Notes under the pieces: model-generated
Database searches by the model: none
What the model was told of the DNA's origin: nothing
Seen by the model: only the letters and a program-made list of their open reading frames with translations
Translations under genes and position numbers: made by a program
Source: the human T2T-CHM13v2.0 reference genome, Homo sapiens
Length of the DNA stretch: 64,000 bases
Assembly (NCBI RefSeq): GCF_009914755.1
Contig: NC_060930.1
Direction: 5' to 3' (one strand)
In this document: positions 47,291 to 63,490 of the stretch, in pieces
How positions within the stretch are numbered: position 1 is the first letter of the stretch
Layout of the letters: each line of letters starts with the position of its first letter

Positions 47291-50200
47291 AGATGCTTCT
47301 TAAAAAACTAGAAAAGAGCAAACCAAATCCAACATTAGTAGAAGAAAATAAATAATAAAAATCACAGCAGAAATAAATGAATTTGAGATAAATAAAAACA
47401 ATCCAAAAGATAAATGAAACAAAACATTGGTTTTTTAAAAGGCTAAACAAATTTGACAAACCTTCAGCTAGACTAAGAAAAACAGAGAAAAGACCCAAAT
47501 GGATACAATCAGAAATGAAAAATGAAACATTACAATTGATATTGCAGAAATTCAAAAGTTCATTAGTGGCTACTATGAGCAGCTACATACCAATAAATTG
47601 GCCTGGAATAAATTGACAATTTCTAAGACACATACAACCTACCAAGATTGAATCAGGAAGAAATCCAAACCCTGAACAGACCTGTAACAAATAATAAGAT
47701 CAAAACTGTCAAAAAGGCTCCCAGTAAAGAAAAGCCCAAGACCCGATGTCTTTACTGCTGAATTCTACCAAACATTTAAAGAATTAATACCAATCCTACT
47801 CAAACTATTATGAAACACAGAGAAGGAAAGAATGCGTTGAAACTCATTTTATAAGGCCAATATTACCCTGATACCAAAACCAGACAAAGACACTTCAAAA
47901 AAAGAAAATTACAGGACAGTATCTCTGATGAATATGGATGCAAATATCCTGAACAAAACACTAGCAAAACAAATTTAGCAATACATTAAAGAGATCATTA
48001 ATCATGACCAAGTGGGATTTATCCCTGGGATGCAAGGATGCTTCAACATATGCAAATCAATCAATGTGATACACTATATCAAGAGAAGGAAGGGCAAAAG
48101 CCATATGATCATTTCAATTGATGCTGAAAAATCATTTGATAAAATTCAAAATCCCTTCATAATAAAAACCAAAAAAAAAACTGAGTATAGAACGAATATG
48201 CCTCAACACAATAAAAGCTATATATGACAGACCCACAGCTAGTATCATACCGAACAGGGACAAACTGAAAGTCTTTCCCCTGAGATCTGGAACACGACAA
48301 GAATGCTGGCTTTCAACACTGTTACTCAACACAGTACTGAACGTCCTAGCTAGAATAACCAGACAAGAGAAAAAAATAAAGGGCATTCGAAGTGGAAAGT
48401 AAGAAACCAAATTATTCTTGTTTTCGGATGATATAATCTTCTATTTGGAAAAACCTAAAAACTCTACAAAAAAGCTATTATAACTGATAAACAAATTTAG
48501 TAAAGGTGCAGGATACAAAATGAACATACAAAAATCAGTAGCATTTCTATATGCCAACAGTGAGCAATCTGAGAAAGACATTTAAAGAGTAATCCCATTT
48601 GCAATAATCACACATAAAATAAAATACCTAGGAATTAACCAAAGAAGTGAAAGTTTCTATAATAAACATGATAAAACACCGATGAAAAACATTGAAGAGA
48701 CACACAAAAAAAATGAAAAAAAAATACTCCGTGTTCACAGATTGGAACAATCAATATTGTTATAATGTCTGTTCTACCTAGAGCAATCTACAGATTCAGT
48801 GCAAGGCCCTATAAAAATACCAATGACATTCTTCACAGAAATAGAAAAAAAATCCTAAAATTTATATGGAACCACAAAAGACAAAGAATATCCAGAGCTA
48901 TCCTGAGGAAAAAGAACTAAACTGTAGAAATCACATTATCTGACCTCAAATTATACTACAGAGCTATAGTAAACAAAACAGTGTGGTACTAGCACAAAAA
49001 CAGACACATAGACCAATGGAACAGAATAAAGAACCCAGAAACAAATCCACACACTTACAGTGAACTCATTTTCGATGAAAGTGCCAAGGACATACACTGA
49101 GGAAAAAATGGTCTCTTCAATAAACGATGCTGGGGAAATTGGATATCCACATACAGATGAATGAAAATAGACCCCTATCTCTCACCATATACAAAAATCA
49201 AATTAAAATTGATTAAAGACTTAAATCTAAGACCCTAAAGTATAAAACTACTACAAGAAAACATTGGGGAAATTCTCTAGGACATTGCCCTGGGCAAAAA
49301 ATTTTTGAGTGATACCCCACAAGCACAGACAATCAAAGCCAAAACAGACAAATGGGATTACATCAAGTTAAAAAGCTTCTGAACAGCAAAGGAAACAGTT
49401 AACAAAGTGAAGAGACAACCCATGGAATGGGAGAAAATATTTGCAAACTACCCCTCTGACAAGGGATTAATAATCAGAATATGTAAGAAGCTCAAACAAC
49501 TCTAAAGGAAGAAAATTAATAATCCAATCTAAAACTGGGCAAAAAATTTGAACAGGCATTTCTCAAAAGAAGACAGACAAATGATAAACAGTCATGTGAA
49601 AAGTGCTTGACATCTTCGATAATCAAAGAAATGCAAATCAAAGCTACAATGAAATATCATCTCACCCCAGTTAAAATGGCTCATATCCAAAGACAGGCAA
49701 TAACAAATGCTGACAAGCATATGGAGAAAAGGGAACCCTCGTACACTGTTGGTGGGAATGTAAGTTAGTACAACCTCTGTAGAGAACAGTTTGGAGTTTC
49801 CTCAAAAAACTAAAATTAGAGCTACCATAAGATCCAGCATTTCACTGATGGGCATATATCCCAAAGAGTGAAAATCAGTATATCAAAAAGATATCTGCAC
49901 TCCTATGTTTGTTGCATCACTGCTCGCAATAGTTAAGATTTGGAAGCACCCTAAGTGACCATCAACAGATGAATGGATAAAGAAAATGTGGTACATATAT
50001 ACAATGTACTACTATTCGGCCATGAAAAAGAATGAAATTCTGTCATTTGCAAAAACATAAATAGAACTAGAGATCATTATGTTAAGTGAAATAAGACAGG
50101 CACAGAAAAACAGACCACATATTCTCACTTATTTATGGGATCTAAAAATCAAAACAAGTGAACTTATGGATATAGAGAGCAGAAGGATGGAAACCAGAAG

Positions 50201-52428
50201 CTAAGTAGGGTAGTGGGGGTAGAGGGAGGTGGGGATAGTTAATGGGTGTGAAAAGGTACTTAGAGAGGGGTGGCTAGCAAGATGGCCAAATAGGAACAGC
50301 TCTGGTCTGCAGCTCCCAGCAAGATCAAAGCACAAGGCAGGTGATTTCTGCATTTCCAACTGAGATACCCAGCTCATCTCTTTTGGGTCTGGTTAGACAG
50401 TGGGTGCCGCCCACAGAGGGTGAGCTGAAACAGGGTGGTGCGTTGCCTCACCTGGGAAGCACAAGGGGTCAGGGTACTCCCTCCCTTAGGCAAGGGAAGC
50501 CATGAGGGACTGTGCCGTGAGGAACAGTGCATTCTGGCCCAGATACTATGCTTTTCCCATGGTCTTCACAACCCACAGACCAACAGATTCCCTTGGGTGC
50601 CTACACCACCAGGGCCCTGGGTTTCAAGTACAAAACTGGGCGGCTATTTGGGCAGACACTGAGCTAGCTGCAGGAGATTTTTTTTCATACCCCAATGGCA
50701 GCTGGAATGCCAGTGAGACAGAACCCTTCACTCCCCTGGAAAAGGGGCTGAAGCCAGGAATTCAAGTGGTCTAGCTCAGTGGATCCTATCCCCATGGAGC
50801 CCAGCAAGCTAAGATTGACAGGCTTGAAATTCTCGCTGCCAGCACAGCAGTCTGAAGTCGACCTGAGACACATGAGCTTGGTGGGAGGGGCACCTGCCAT
50901 TACTGAGGCTTTTATAGGTGGTTTTCCCCTCGCAGCATAAAGAAAGCTGCCAGAAAGTTCGAACTGGGCGCAGCCCACCACAGCTCCACAAAGCTGCTGT
51001 AGCCAGACTGCCTCTCTAGATTTCTCCTCTCCAGGCAGGGTATCTCTGAAAGAAAGGCAATAGCCCCAGTCAGGGGCCTATAGATAAAACTCCCGTCTCC
51101 CTGGGACAGAGGACCTGAGGGAAGGGGCAGCTGTGGGCGCAGCTTCAGCAGACTTAAACATTCCTGCCTGCCAGCTCTGAAGAGAGCACTCCCAGCTCCC
51201 AGCGCAGCGCTTGAGCTCTGCTAAGGGACAGACTACCTCCTCAAGTGGGTCCCTGACCCCCCTGCCTCCTGAATGGGAGACACCTCCCAGCAGGGGTCGA
51301 GAGACACCTCATACAGAAGAGCACTGGCTGGCATCTGGTGGGTGCCCCTCTGGGGATGAAGCTTCCAGAGGAAGGAACAGGTAGCAATCTTTGCTGTTCT
51401 GCAGCTTCCACTGGTGATTCCCAGGCAAACAGCGTCTGGAGTGGACCTCCAATAAACTCCAGCAGACCTGCAGCAGAGGGGCCTGACTGTTAGAAGAAAA
51501 ACTAACAAACAGAAAGAATAGCATCCACATCAACAAAAAGGATGTCCACACAGAAACCCCATCCAAAGTTGACCAACATCAAAGACCAAAGGTAGTTAAA
51601 TCCACAGAGATGAGGAAAAACCAGTGCAAAAAGGCTGAAAATTCTAAAAACCAGAATGCCTCTTCTTCTCCAAAGGACCGCAACTCCTCGCCAGCAAGGG
51701 AACAAAACTGGACAGAGAATGAGTTTGATGAATTGACAGAAGTAGGCTTCAGAAGGTGGTAACAAACTCCTCTGAGCCAAAGGAGCATGTTCTAACCAAA
51801 TGCAAGGAAGCTAAGAACCTTGAAAAAAGGTTAGAGGGATTGCTAACTAGAATAACCAGTTTAGAGTAGAATATAAATGACCTAATGGAGCTGAAAAGCA
51901 CAGCATGAGAACTTTGTGAAGCACACACAAGTATCAATAGCCGAATCAAGCAACCAGAAGAAAGGATATCAGAGATTGAAGATCAACTTAATGAAATAAA
52001 GCATGTAGACAAGATTAGAGAAAAAAGAATGAAAAGGAATGAACAAAGCCTCCAAGAAATATGGGACTATGTGAAAAGACCAAACCTACGTCTGATTGGT
52101 GTACCTGAAAGTGACGGGGAGAATGGAACCAAGTTGGAAAACACTCCTCAGGATATTATCCAGGAGAACTTCCCTAAACTAGCAAGACAGGCCAACATTC
52201 AAATTCAGGAAATACAGAGAACACCACAAAGATACTCCTCGTGAAGAGCAACCCCAAGACACGTAATTGTCAGATTCACCAAGGTTAAAAATGAAGGAAA
52301 AAATGTTAAGGGCAGCCAGAGAGAAAGGTCAGGTTTCCCACAAAGGCAAGCCCATCAGACTAAAAGCAGATCTCTCTGCAGAAACCCTACAAGCCAGAAG
52401 AAAGTGGGGGCCAATATTCAACATTCTT

Positions 52429-54010
<1,582 letters not shown>

Positions 54011-56511
54011 ATTCAACATTCTTAAATAAAAGAATTTTAAGCCTAGAATTTTATATCCAGCCAAACTAAGCTTCATAAGTGAAAGAAAAATAAAATCCTT
54101 TACAAACAAGCAAATGTTGAGATACTGTGTCACCACCAGGCCTGCCTTACAAGAACTTGTGAAGGAAGCACTAAATATGGAAAGGAAAAACCGGTATTAA
54201 CCACTGGAAAAACATGTAGAGACCAGAGACACTATGAAGAAACTGCATTAAATAAAATTTCAGGCCAATATCCCTGATGAACACCAATGTGAAAATCCTC
54301 AATAAAATACTGGCAAACCGAATCCGGCAGCACTTATCCACCATGATGAAGTCAGCTTCATCCCTGGGATGCAAGGCTGGTTCAACATACACAAATCAAT
54401 AAACGTAATCCATCACATAAACAGAACCAATAACAAAAACCACATGATTATCTCAATAGACACAGAAAAGGCCTTCAATAAATTCAACAACCCTTCATTC
54501 TAAAATCTCTCAATAAACTAGGTATTGATGGAATGTATCTCAAAATAATAAGAGCAATTAATGATGAACCCACAGCTAATATACTAAATGGGCAAAAGCT
54601 GGAAGCATTCCCTTTGAAAACCAGCACAAGACAAGGATGCCCTCTCTCACCACTCCTATTCAACATAGTATTGGAAGTTCTGGCCAGGGCAATCAGGCAA
54701 GAGAAAGAAATAAGGAGTATTCAAATAGGAAGAGGAGAAGTCACATTGTCTTTGTTTGCAGATGACATGATTATATATTTAGAAAACCCCATCGTCTCAG
54801 CCCAAAATCTCCTTAAGCTGGTAAGCAACTTCAGCAAAGTCTCAAGATACAAAACCAATGTGCAAAAATCACAAGCATTCCTACACACCAACAATAGACA
54901 GAGAGCCAAATCATGAGTGAACTTCCATTCACAACTGCTACAAAGAGAATAAAATATCTAGAAATAAAACTTACAAGGGTTGTGCAGGACCTCTTCAAGA
55001 AGAACTACAAACCACTGCTCGAGGAAATAAGTGAGGACATAAACAAATGGAAAAACATTCCATGCTAATGATAGGAAGAATCAATATCGCAAAAGTGGCC
55101 ATACTGCCCAAAGTAATTTATAGATTCAATGCTATCCCCATCAAGCTACCATTGACTTTCTTCACAGAATTAGAAAAAAGTACTTTAAATTTCATATGGA
55201 ACCAAAAAAGAGCTCATGTAGCCAAGACAATCCTAAGCAAAAAGAACAAAGCTGGAGGCATCACATTACCTGACTTCAAACTATACTATAAGGCTACATT
55301 AACCAAAACAGCACAGTACTGGTACCAAAATAGATATATAGACCAATGGAACAGAACAGAAGTCTCAGAAATAATGCCACATATCTATGTGATCTTTGAC
55401 AAACCTGACAAAAACAAGCAATGGGAAAAGGATTCCCTATTTAATAAATGGTATTGAGAAAATTCGCCATATGGAAAAAACTGAAACTGGACCCCTTTCT
55501 TACACCTTATACAAAAATTAACTCGAGATGGATTAAAGACTTAAACATAAGACTTAAAACCATAAAAATCCTAGAAGAAAACCTAGGCAATACCATTCAG
55601 GATGTAAGCATGGGCAAAGACTTCATGACTAAAACACAAAAAGCAATGACAACAAAAGCCAAAATTGACAAATAAGATCTAATTAAACTAAGGAGCTTCT
55701 GCACAGCAAAAGAAACTATCATCAGAGTGAACAGGCAATCTACAGAATGGGAGAAAATTTTTGCAATCTATCCTTTTGACAAAGGGCTAATATCCAGAAT
55801 CTATAAGGAACTTAAATAAATGTACAAAAAAAAAAACCAACGCCATTAAAAAGTGGGCAAAGGATATGAACAGACACTTCTCAAAAGAAGATATTTATGC
55901 AGCCAATAAACATATGAAAAAAAGCTCATCATCACTGGTCATTAGAGAAATGCAAATCAAAACCACAATGAGACACTATCTCATGCCAGTTAGAATGGTG
56001 ATTGCTAAAAAGTCAGGGAACAGCAGATTCTGGAGAGGATGTGGAGAAATAGGAGCGCTTTTACACTCTTGGTGGGAGTGTAAATTAGTTCAACCATTGT
56101 GGAAGACAGTGTGGTGATTCCTCAGTGATCTAGAACCAGAAATACCTTTTGACCCAGCAATCCCATTACTGGGTATATGCCCTAGAGATTACAAATCATT
56201 CTACTATAAAGACACATGCACACGTATGTTTATTGCAGTACTATTCACAATAGCAAAGACTTGAAACCAACCCAAATGGCCATCAATGATAGACTGGATA
56301 AAGAAAATGTGGCATATATACACCATGGAATACTGTGCAGCCATAAAAAGGATAAGTTCATGTCCTTTGCTGGGACATGGATGAAGCAGGAAACCATCAT
56401 TCTCAGCAAACTAACACAGGAATAGAAAACCAAACACCGCATATTCTCACTCATAAGTGGGAGTTGAACAATGAGACACATTGATACAGGGAGGGGAACA
56501 TCACACACTGG

Positions 56512-56578
56512 GGTCGAGGTGGGTAGATCACAAGGTCAAGAAATTGAGACCATCCTGGCGAACATAGTGGAACCCTGT
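56512..56578 (+). mobile_element. Internal Alu left-arm fragment (~67 bp) embedded in the L1-C 3'UTR
   Basis: GGTCGAGGTGGGTAGATCACAAGGTCAAGAAATTGAGACCATCCTGGCGAACATAGTGGAACCCTGT lies between L1 CACACTGG and TGTGGGGCTAGGGGAGGGATAGC. Confidence 0.88.
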
Positions 56579-56941
56579 TGTGGGGCTAGGGGAGGGATAG
56601 CATTAGGAGAAGTACCTAATGTAGATGATGGTTTGATGGGTGCAGCAAACCACCATGGCACGTGTATACCTATGTAACAAACCTGCACATTCTGTACATG
56701 TATCCCAAAACTTAAAGTATAATAATAAAGAAAAAGAAAAAATAGTTGGAAAGAATGAACAAGACCTACTATTTGATAGCACAACTAGTCAATAATAACT
56801 TGATTGTATATTATAAAATAACTAAAAGAGTGTAATTGGATTGTTTGTAACATGAAGGATAAATGCTTAAGAGGATGGATACCTCATTCTCCATGATGTG
56901 ATTATTTCACATAGCATGCCTGTATTAAAACATTTTGGATT

Positions 56942-57013
56942 GGTCCCATGGTGTAATGGTTAGCACTCTGGGCTTTGAATCCAGCAATCCGAGTTCGAAT
57001 CTTGGTGGGACCT
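56942..57013 (+). tRNA. TRQ-TTG4-1: tRNA-Gln (anticodon TTG), probably a retroposed copy
   Basis: Cloverleaf: acceptor GGTCCCA/TGGGACC plus T, A box TGGTGTAATGG, anticodon stem CTGGG/TCCAG with TTG at 56975-56977, T arm CCGAG-TTCGAAT-CTTGG. No encoded CCA. The symbol is from memory of tRNA-Gln-TTG-4-1 and is unverified. Confidence 0.93.
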
Positions 57014-57027
57014 TTCAAAGGAGTACA

Positions 57028-57031
57028 TTTT
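57028..57031 (+). terminator. TTTT Pol III terminator ending an 18-nt putative tRNA 3' trailer
   Basis: TTCAAAGGAGTACATTTT directly follows the discriminator base. Confidence 0.55.
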
Positions 57032-57654
<623 letters not shown>

Positions 57655-57689
57655 CTACTATATGCCCATAAAAATAAAAATAATAAAAA

Positions 57690-60600
57690 ACTGGGAAAGT
57701 AAAACTGAACACAAATTTAGTAGAAGAAAAGAAATAATAAAGATAAGAGCATAAATACATGAAATTGAAATGAAAAAATACATAAAATATCAACAAAACA
57801 GAAGTTGGCTTTTTGAAAAGATAAACAAAATCCACAAACCTTCAGCCAGCCAGATTAAGAAAAAAGAAAGACATCCCAAGTAATAAAAATCACAGATGAA
57901 AAAGGAAACAACAACTGATATCACAGAAATTCAAGGAATCATTAGAGACTAACATGAGCAATATGCCAACAAATCGAAACACTTAGAAGAAATGGATATA
58001 TCCTAGACACATACAACCTACAAAGATTGAACTACGGGAAAATCCAAAATCTGCATAGACCAATGACCGGTACTGAAATTGAAGCTGTAATAAAAATGCT
58101 TCCAGCAAACAAAAGCCTAAGACTCGATGGCTTTACTGTTGAATTCTATCAAACATTTAAAGAAGAACTAATACCAATCCAAATCAAACTATTCCAAAAA
58201 ATAAAGGAGGGAATACTTCCAAACTCATTCTACAAGGCCAGAATTACCCTTATATTAAAACCAGACAAAAACACATAAACAAACAAACAAACAAACAAAC
58301 TACAGGCCAAACATTGACGCAAAAACATTCAACAAAATACTAGCAAACTGAATTTAACTACACACTCAAAAAATCGTTCATCATGACCAAGTGGGATTCA
58401 TCCCAGATATGCAAAGATAGTTCAACAAACACTAATCAATCCATGTGATACATCATATCAAGATAATTTAGGAGAAAAATCATATGATCATTTCAATTGA
58501 TGCTGAAAATGCATTTGGTAAAATTTGACATCCCTTCATGAAAAAACCTTAAAAAATGGGTATAGATGGAACATATCTCAACTCAATAAAAGCCATATGT
58601 GACAGACAGACAGTATCATACTGAACAGGGAAAAACTGAAAGCCTTTGTTTTAAGATGTAGAACAGGACAAGGATGCCCACTTTTACCACTGTTATTCAA
58701 CATAGTACTGGAAATCCTAGCTAGAGCAACCAGACAAGTGAAAGATATAAAAGGCATCTAAATTGGAAAGGAGTAAGTCCAATTATTCTGTTTGCAGATG
58801 ATATAATCTTATATTTAGAGAAACTTAAAGACTCCACCAAAAAACTATTTGAACTGATAAAACAATTCAGTAAAGTTGCAGGATATAAAATAAACATACA
58901 AAATAAGTAGCATTTCTGTATGCCAACAACAAACAATCTGAAAAAGAAACTAAAAAGTAATTCCATTTACAATAGCTACAAATAAAATTAAGTACCTAGG
59001 CAATAACTCAATAAAAGAAGTGAAAGATCTCTACAATTAAATTTATGAATCATTGATGAAAGATATTGCAGAGGACACAAAAAATGAAAAGATATTCCAC
59101 ATTCATGGACTGGAAATCAATATTGTTAAAATCTCTATTCTATCCAAAGCAATCTAAAGATTTAATGTAATTCCTATCAAAATACCAATGACATTATTCA
59201 CATAAATAGAAAAAATTAATCTAAAATTTATGTGGAACCACAAAAGAATAAGAATATCCAAAACCACCCTGAGCAAAAACTGGAGTAATCACATTACTGG
59301 ATTTCAAATTATACTACAGAGTTATAGTAACCAAAACAATATGGTCTTAGCATTAAAAACAGACACATAGAACAATGGAACAAAACACAGAATCCAGACA
59401 TAAATTTATGCATCTACTGTGAACTAATTTTTGACAAAAGTATCAAGAACATGCATTGGGGGAAACGTTTCTTCAATGAATGGTGCTAGGAAAACTGGAT
59501 ATCCACATGCAGAAGAATGACACTAGACCTCCATCTCTCGTTATGTATAAAAATAAAATGAAAAGAGATGAAAGACTTAAATCTAAGATCCCACACTATG
59601 AAACTACTAAAAGAAAACATTGGGAAAACTCTACAGGGCATTGGCCTGGTTGAATATTTCTGGAGTAATACCCTGACAGCACAATCAAAGCAAAAATGGA
59701 CAAATGGGATCACCTCAAATTAAAAAGCTTCCAAGTAGCAGAGGAAACAATCAATAAAGTGAAGACAGCCCACAGAATAGGAGAAAATATTTGCAACCTA
59801 TTCATCTCAGAAAAGATTAATAACCATAATACATAAGGAGCTCAAACAAGTCTATATGAAAAAAATCCAATAACCCGATTAAAAAATGGACAAAAGATTT
59901 GAATAGACATTTCTAAAAGAAGATATACAAATGGAAAATGGGCATATGAAAAGGTGCTTAACCTCATTGATCATGAGAGATATGCAAATCAAAACTGCAA
60001 TAAGATATCATCTTACCCCAGTTACGATGTCTTTTATCCAAAAGCCGGGTAATAGAGAATGCTGGCAAAGATGTGGAGAAAGGGGAACACTCAAATGATG
60101 TTGGTAAAAATGTAAATTAGCACAGCCACTATGGACAACAGTATGGAGGTTCCTGAAAAAAAAATTAAAAATAGAACTGCCATATGATCCAGCAATCTCC
60201 TTACTGGGCATATACCCAAAAGAAAGGAAATCAGTATATCAAAGAAATATCTGCACTCTCATATTTATTGCAGCACTATTCACAATAGCCAAGATTTGGA
60301 AGCAACCTGAGTGTCCATCAGCAGATGAATGAATAGAAAAACAGTATTCCATTGTGCTACCTACACACAATAGAATACTGTTCAGCTCTTAAAGAATAAG
60401 ATCCTGTCATTTGCAACAACATAGATGGAACTGGAGGACATTAGGTTAAGTTAAATAAGTCAGGCACAGAAAGACAAACTTTGCATGTTCTCACTTATTT
60501 GTGGAGCTAAAAATTAAAACAATTGAACTCATGGAAATTGAAAGTAGAATGATGGTTACCAGAGCGTTGGAGGGGTAGTTGCAGGGGAGGATATGGAAAT

Positions 60601-60905
60601 GGAGATGGTTAATGCGTACAAAAATATAGTTAGATACAAAGAATAAGGTCTAATATTTGATAGTACAACAGGTTGACTACAGTTAGCAGTAATTTGTTGT
60701 ACATTTTGGAATAACTGAAGTAGTAAAATTGGAATGTTTATAACACAAAGAAATAATAAATGCTTGAGGTGACTGAAACCCCGTTTACCCTGATATGATT
60801 ATTATACAATGTATATCTATATAAAAATGTCATGTATCCTATAAATATATACACATACTGTGTGCTCATAAAATTAAAAATTATTTTTTAACTAAAAAAT
60901 TTAAA
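57690..60905 (+). mobile_element. L1-A 3' part: remainder of ORF2 and 3'UTR
   Basis: Resumes with AAATTTAGTAGAAGAAAAGAAATAATAAAGAT, the ORF2 sequence that follows the 46803 break. RT-region peptide [17 protein letters not shown]; L1MA 3'UTR and A-rich tail. Confidence 0.88.
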
Positions 60906-61527
60906 AAACTAATGTATAACAAACAGCACAGCACATTCAAACAAATAGGAAAAAAGTAGAACGAGAAACACAAAAATAATCCATTGATCCAGAAGAAGGC
61001 ACAAAACACACACACACATGCATGCATACATGCATGCACATACACACAGGAGAAAAAAACTTACTAATACTACAAAATTAAGATCTAGAAATAAATCCAA
61101 ATATACTATAATCGCAATAAGTATAAATGGCCTTAATTATCTAGTTAAAGTGACAAAGAATATCAACTGGACATAAAAAATATACTCAACAGTATGAATT
61201 TAAAATATATTCATCTAATGCATTAGAAGACAGGAGGCTTGAGAATAAATGTTTATAGCAAGATATATTAAGCAGATATTAATCAAAGCAAGGTAGTACA
61301 TCTATATTAATATCAGACAAAATAGACTTCAAGGCAAAAGTATTATAAAAGATAATCTAAAAATCTCAAAAGATTCAATATAGTACATAAAAATAATTTT
61401 TTATGGAAGAATGTAAGAATTCTATATTTTTTGTGGCTATCCTAGAAACTGAGAAAGGTAGGAAAATGGATTTTCCCAGAGAGCCTTCAAAAGGAATACC
61501 GGCCATGCTGACATCTTTATTCAAGCC

Positions 61528-62410
61528 TGTATTAATAGGAAAAAGCAGAAAGGCAAACTTTTTTCTCCAACTATACTCTCAACACAGAATACTGGTCATC
61601 AAAATCTGTGGGGTTTTCCATACCAAGCAATTCTTCAGCACCAACTGGGTGTTCTATAATTTAATTCAATCCTGTCACTAACTGAAGTTAGTGCAGACCC
61701 TACAGGTTAAGGGCTGAGTCCCTGAAGATTGCCTCCTTCCCAACTTCAAATGCCAACCAATATGCTAGGTTGTTTTAACCTGTGCTTCTGATTGACTGAC
61801 TATAAATCAGAGGTACCATGACCCCGTCTCAGGTTCAATTATTTGCCAGACTTGCTCAGAGAAGTCTGGGAAATACTTTACTTACATTTACCCTTGTATT
61901 ATAGAAGCATACAAATAAACAGCTAGATGAAAGATGCAAGAGCAAGATAGGGAGGAAGGAGCCTGGGGCTTCCATGATGCCTCAGGGTGCTCCACCTTCC
62001 CAGCACCTTCAGGAGTTCAGCAACCTGGAAACTCCCTGAACCCTGTCCTTTATGGTTTTGTACAGAGGTTTTATTATGTAAACATGATTGACTACATCAG
62101 TGGCTATTGGTGATTAATTCAGCCTCCAGCTCCTCTTCTTTCCCCAGAGGTTGAAAAGTGAGGCTGAAAATTGCAAACCTTTCTTCACTAGGTTGGTTCC
62201 CCTGACAAGTCCTCATCAGGAGGCTATCCAGGATCACCCAGCTAGTGCCCCGGGATCTAATCAGCATACAAAAAGACACAAATCACTTTAGAGATTTCCA
62301 GGGTTTTAGGGGCTATGTGTAAAAAAAAAGGAGGGGTGTGTAGAGATCAAATATATTTTTCTTATTATATTGTATATCACATTTCTTTATTATATATTAT
62401 AATATCACAA
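61528..62410. mobile_element. MER21-like LTR inserted into an MLT1-type LTR (pieces at ~61420-61527 and ~62425-62518)
   Basis: CACCAACTGGGTGTTCTATAATTTAATTCAAT...AGTGCAGACCCTACAGGTTAAGGGCTGAGTCC...CTATAAATCAGAGG resembles MER21; MLT1-like GGAAACTAAAACA end at ~62517. Confidence 0.65.
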
Positions 62411-62736
62411 AGTTCCATAAGAATCATTTCAAACTTTTAGCCTCAAGAATTATAACAAATGTATGTTTTAAGCTATTATATTTGTGATAATTAGAGCACC
62501 AATAGGAAACTAAAACAAGCAGGTATTTTATTTAAGAAGAAATATTTATAGCTGATTAACATAACATGATGCTCAAGCTTATTAAGAGAAATTAAACTAA
62601 AATTATAATATGATAATATTTCATTACCATCAGATTAGGCAAAAATGAAAATTTAATAATGTCAGATTTATGGAGAAGAAATTGATTAATTAGAATTCTC
62701 ACCCACTTTAGGTGGTATAAATTTTAGGAAAATAGG

Positions 62737-63057
<321 letters not shown>

Positions 63058-63109
63058 CTAATATGTGAGTACACACATAACCTATGACCCAACTATTCCT
63101 AGGGATATA

Positions 63110-63490
63110 GCTGAAAAAAACACCATTTCTCTACACATACAACACTTCCGATAGCAAATGTGCTTTTTTTTTCCACATGAAGCAGTTTTATATCTCTCTG
63201 GATATCAGCTGCGTGTCTCACAATTTAATCCAATTCTGACACTATTTACCTAGAGTTAGCATCAGGTCACACAAGTTAAATGCTTCAGTCCCACAAGACT
63301 AACACCATTTTTGATGCTAACTGCAAATCTGGGTCTCATGTACTTTTGACTGACTGGCTATAAATCAGAGGCTTCTACCACCCTCTCCTTGAGTTTGATA
63401 ATTTGCTAGAACAGCTCACAGAACTTGGGAAAACACTTTATTTACATTCCATAGTTTGTTGTAAAAGACACAACTCAGGAACAGCAATAT
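63110..63490. mobile_element. Second MER21-like LTR fragment
   Basis: Clearly homologous to 61560-61930 (AATTCTGACACTA, CAGTCCCACAAGACT, GACTGGCTATAAATCAGAGG). Confidence 0.65.
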
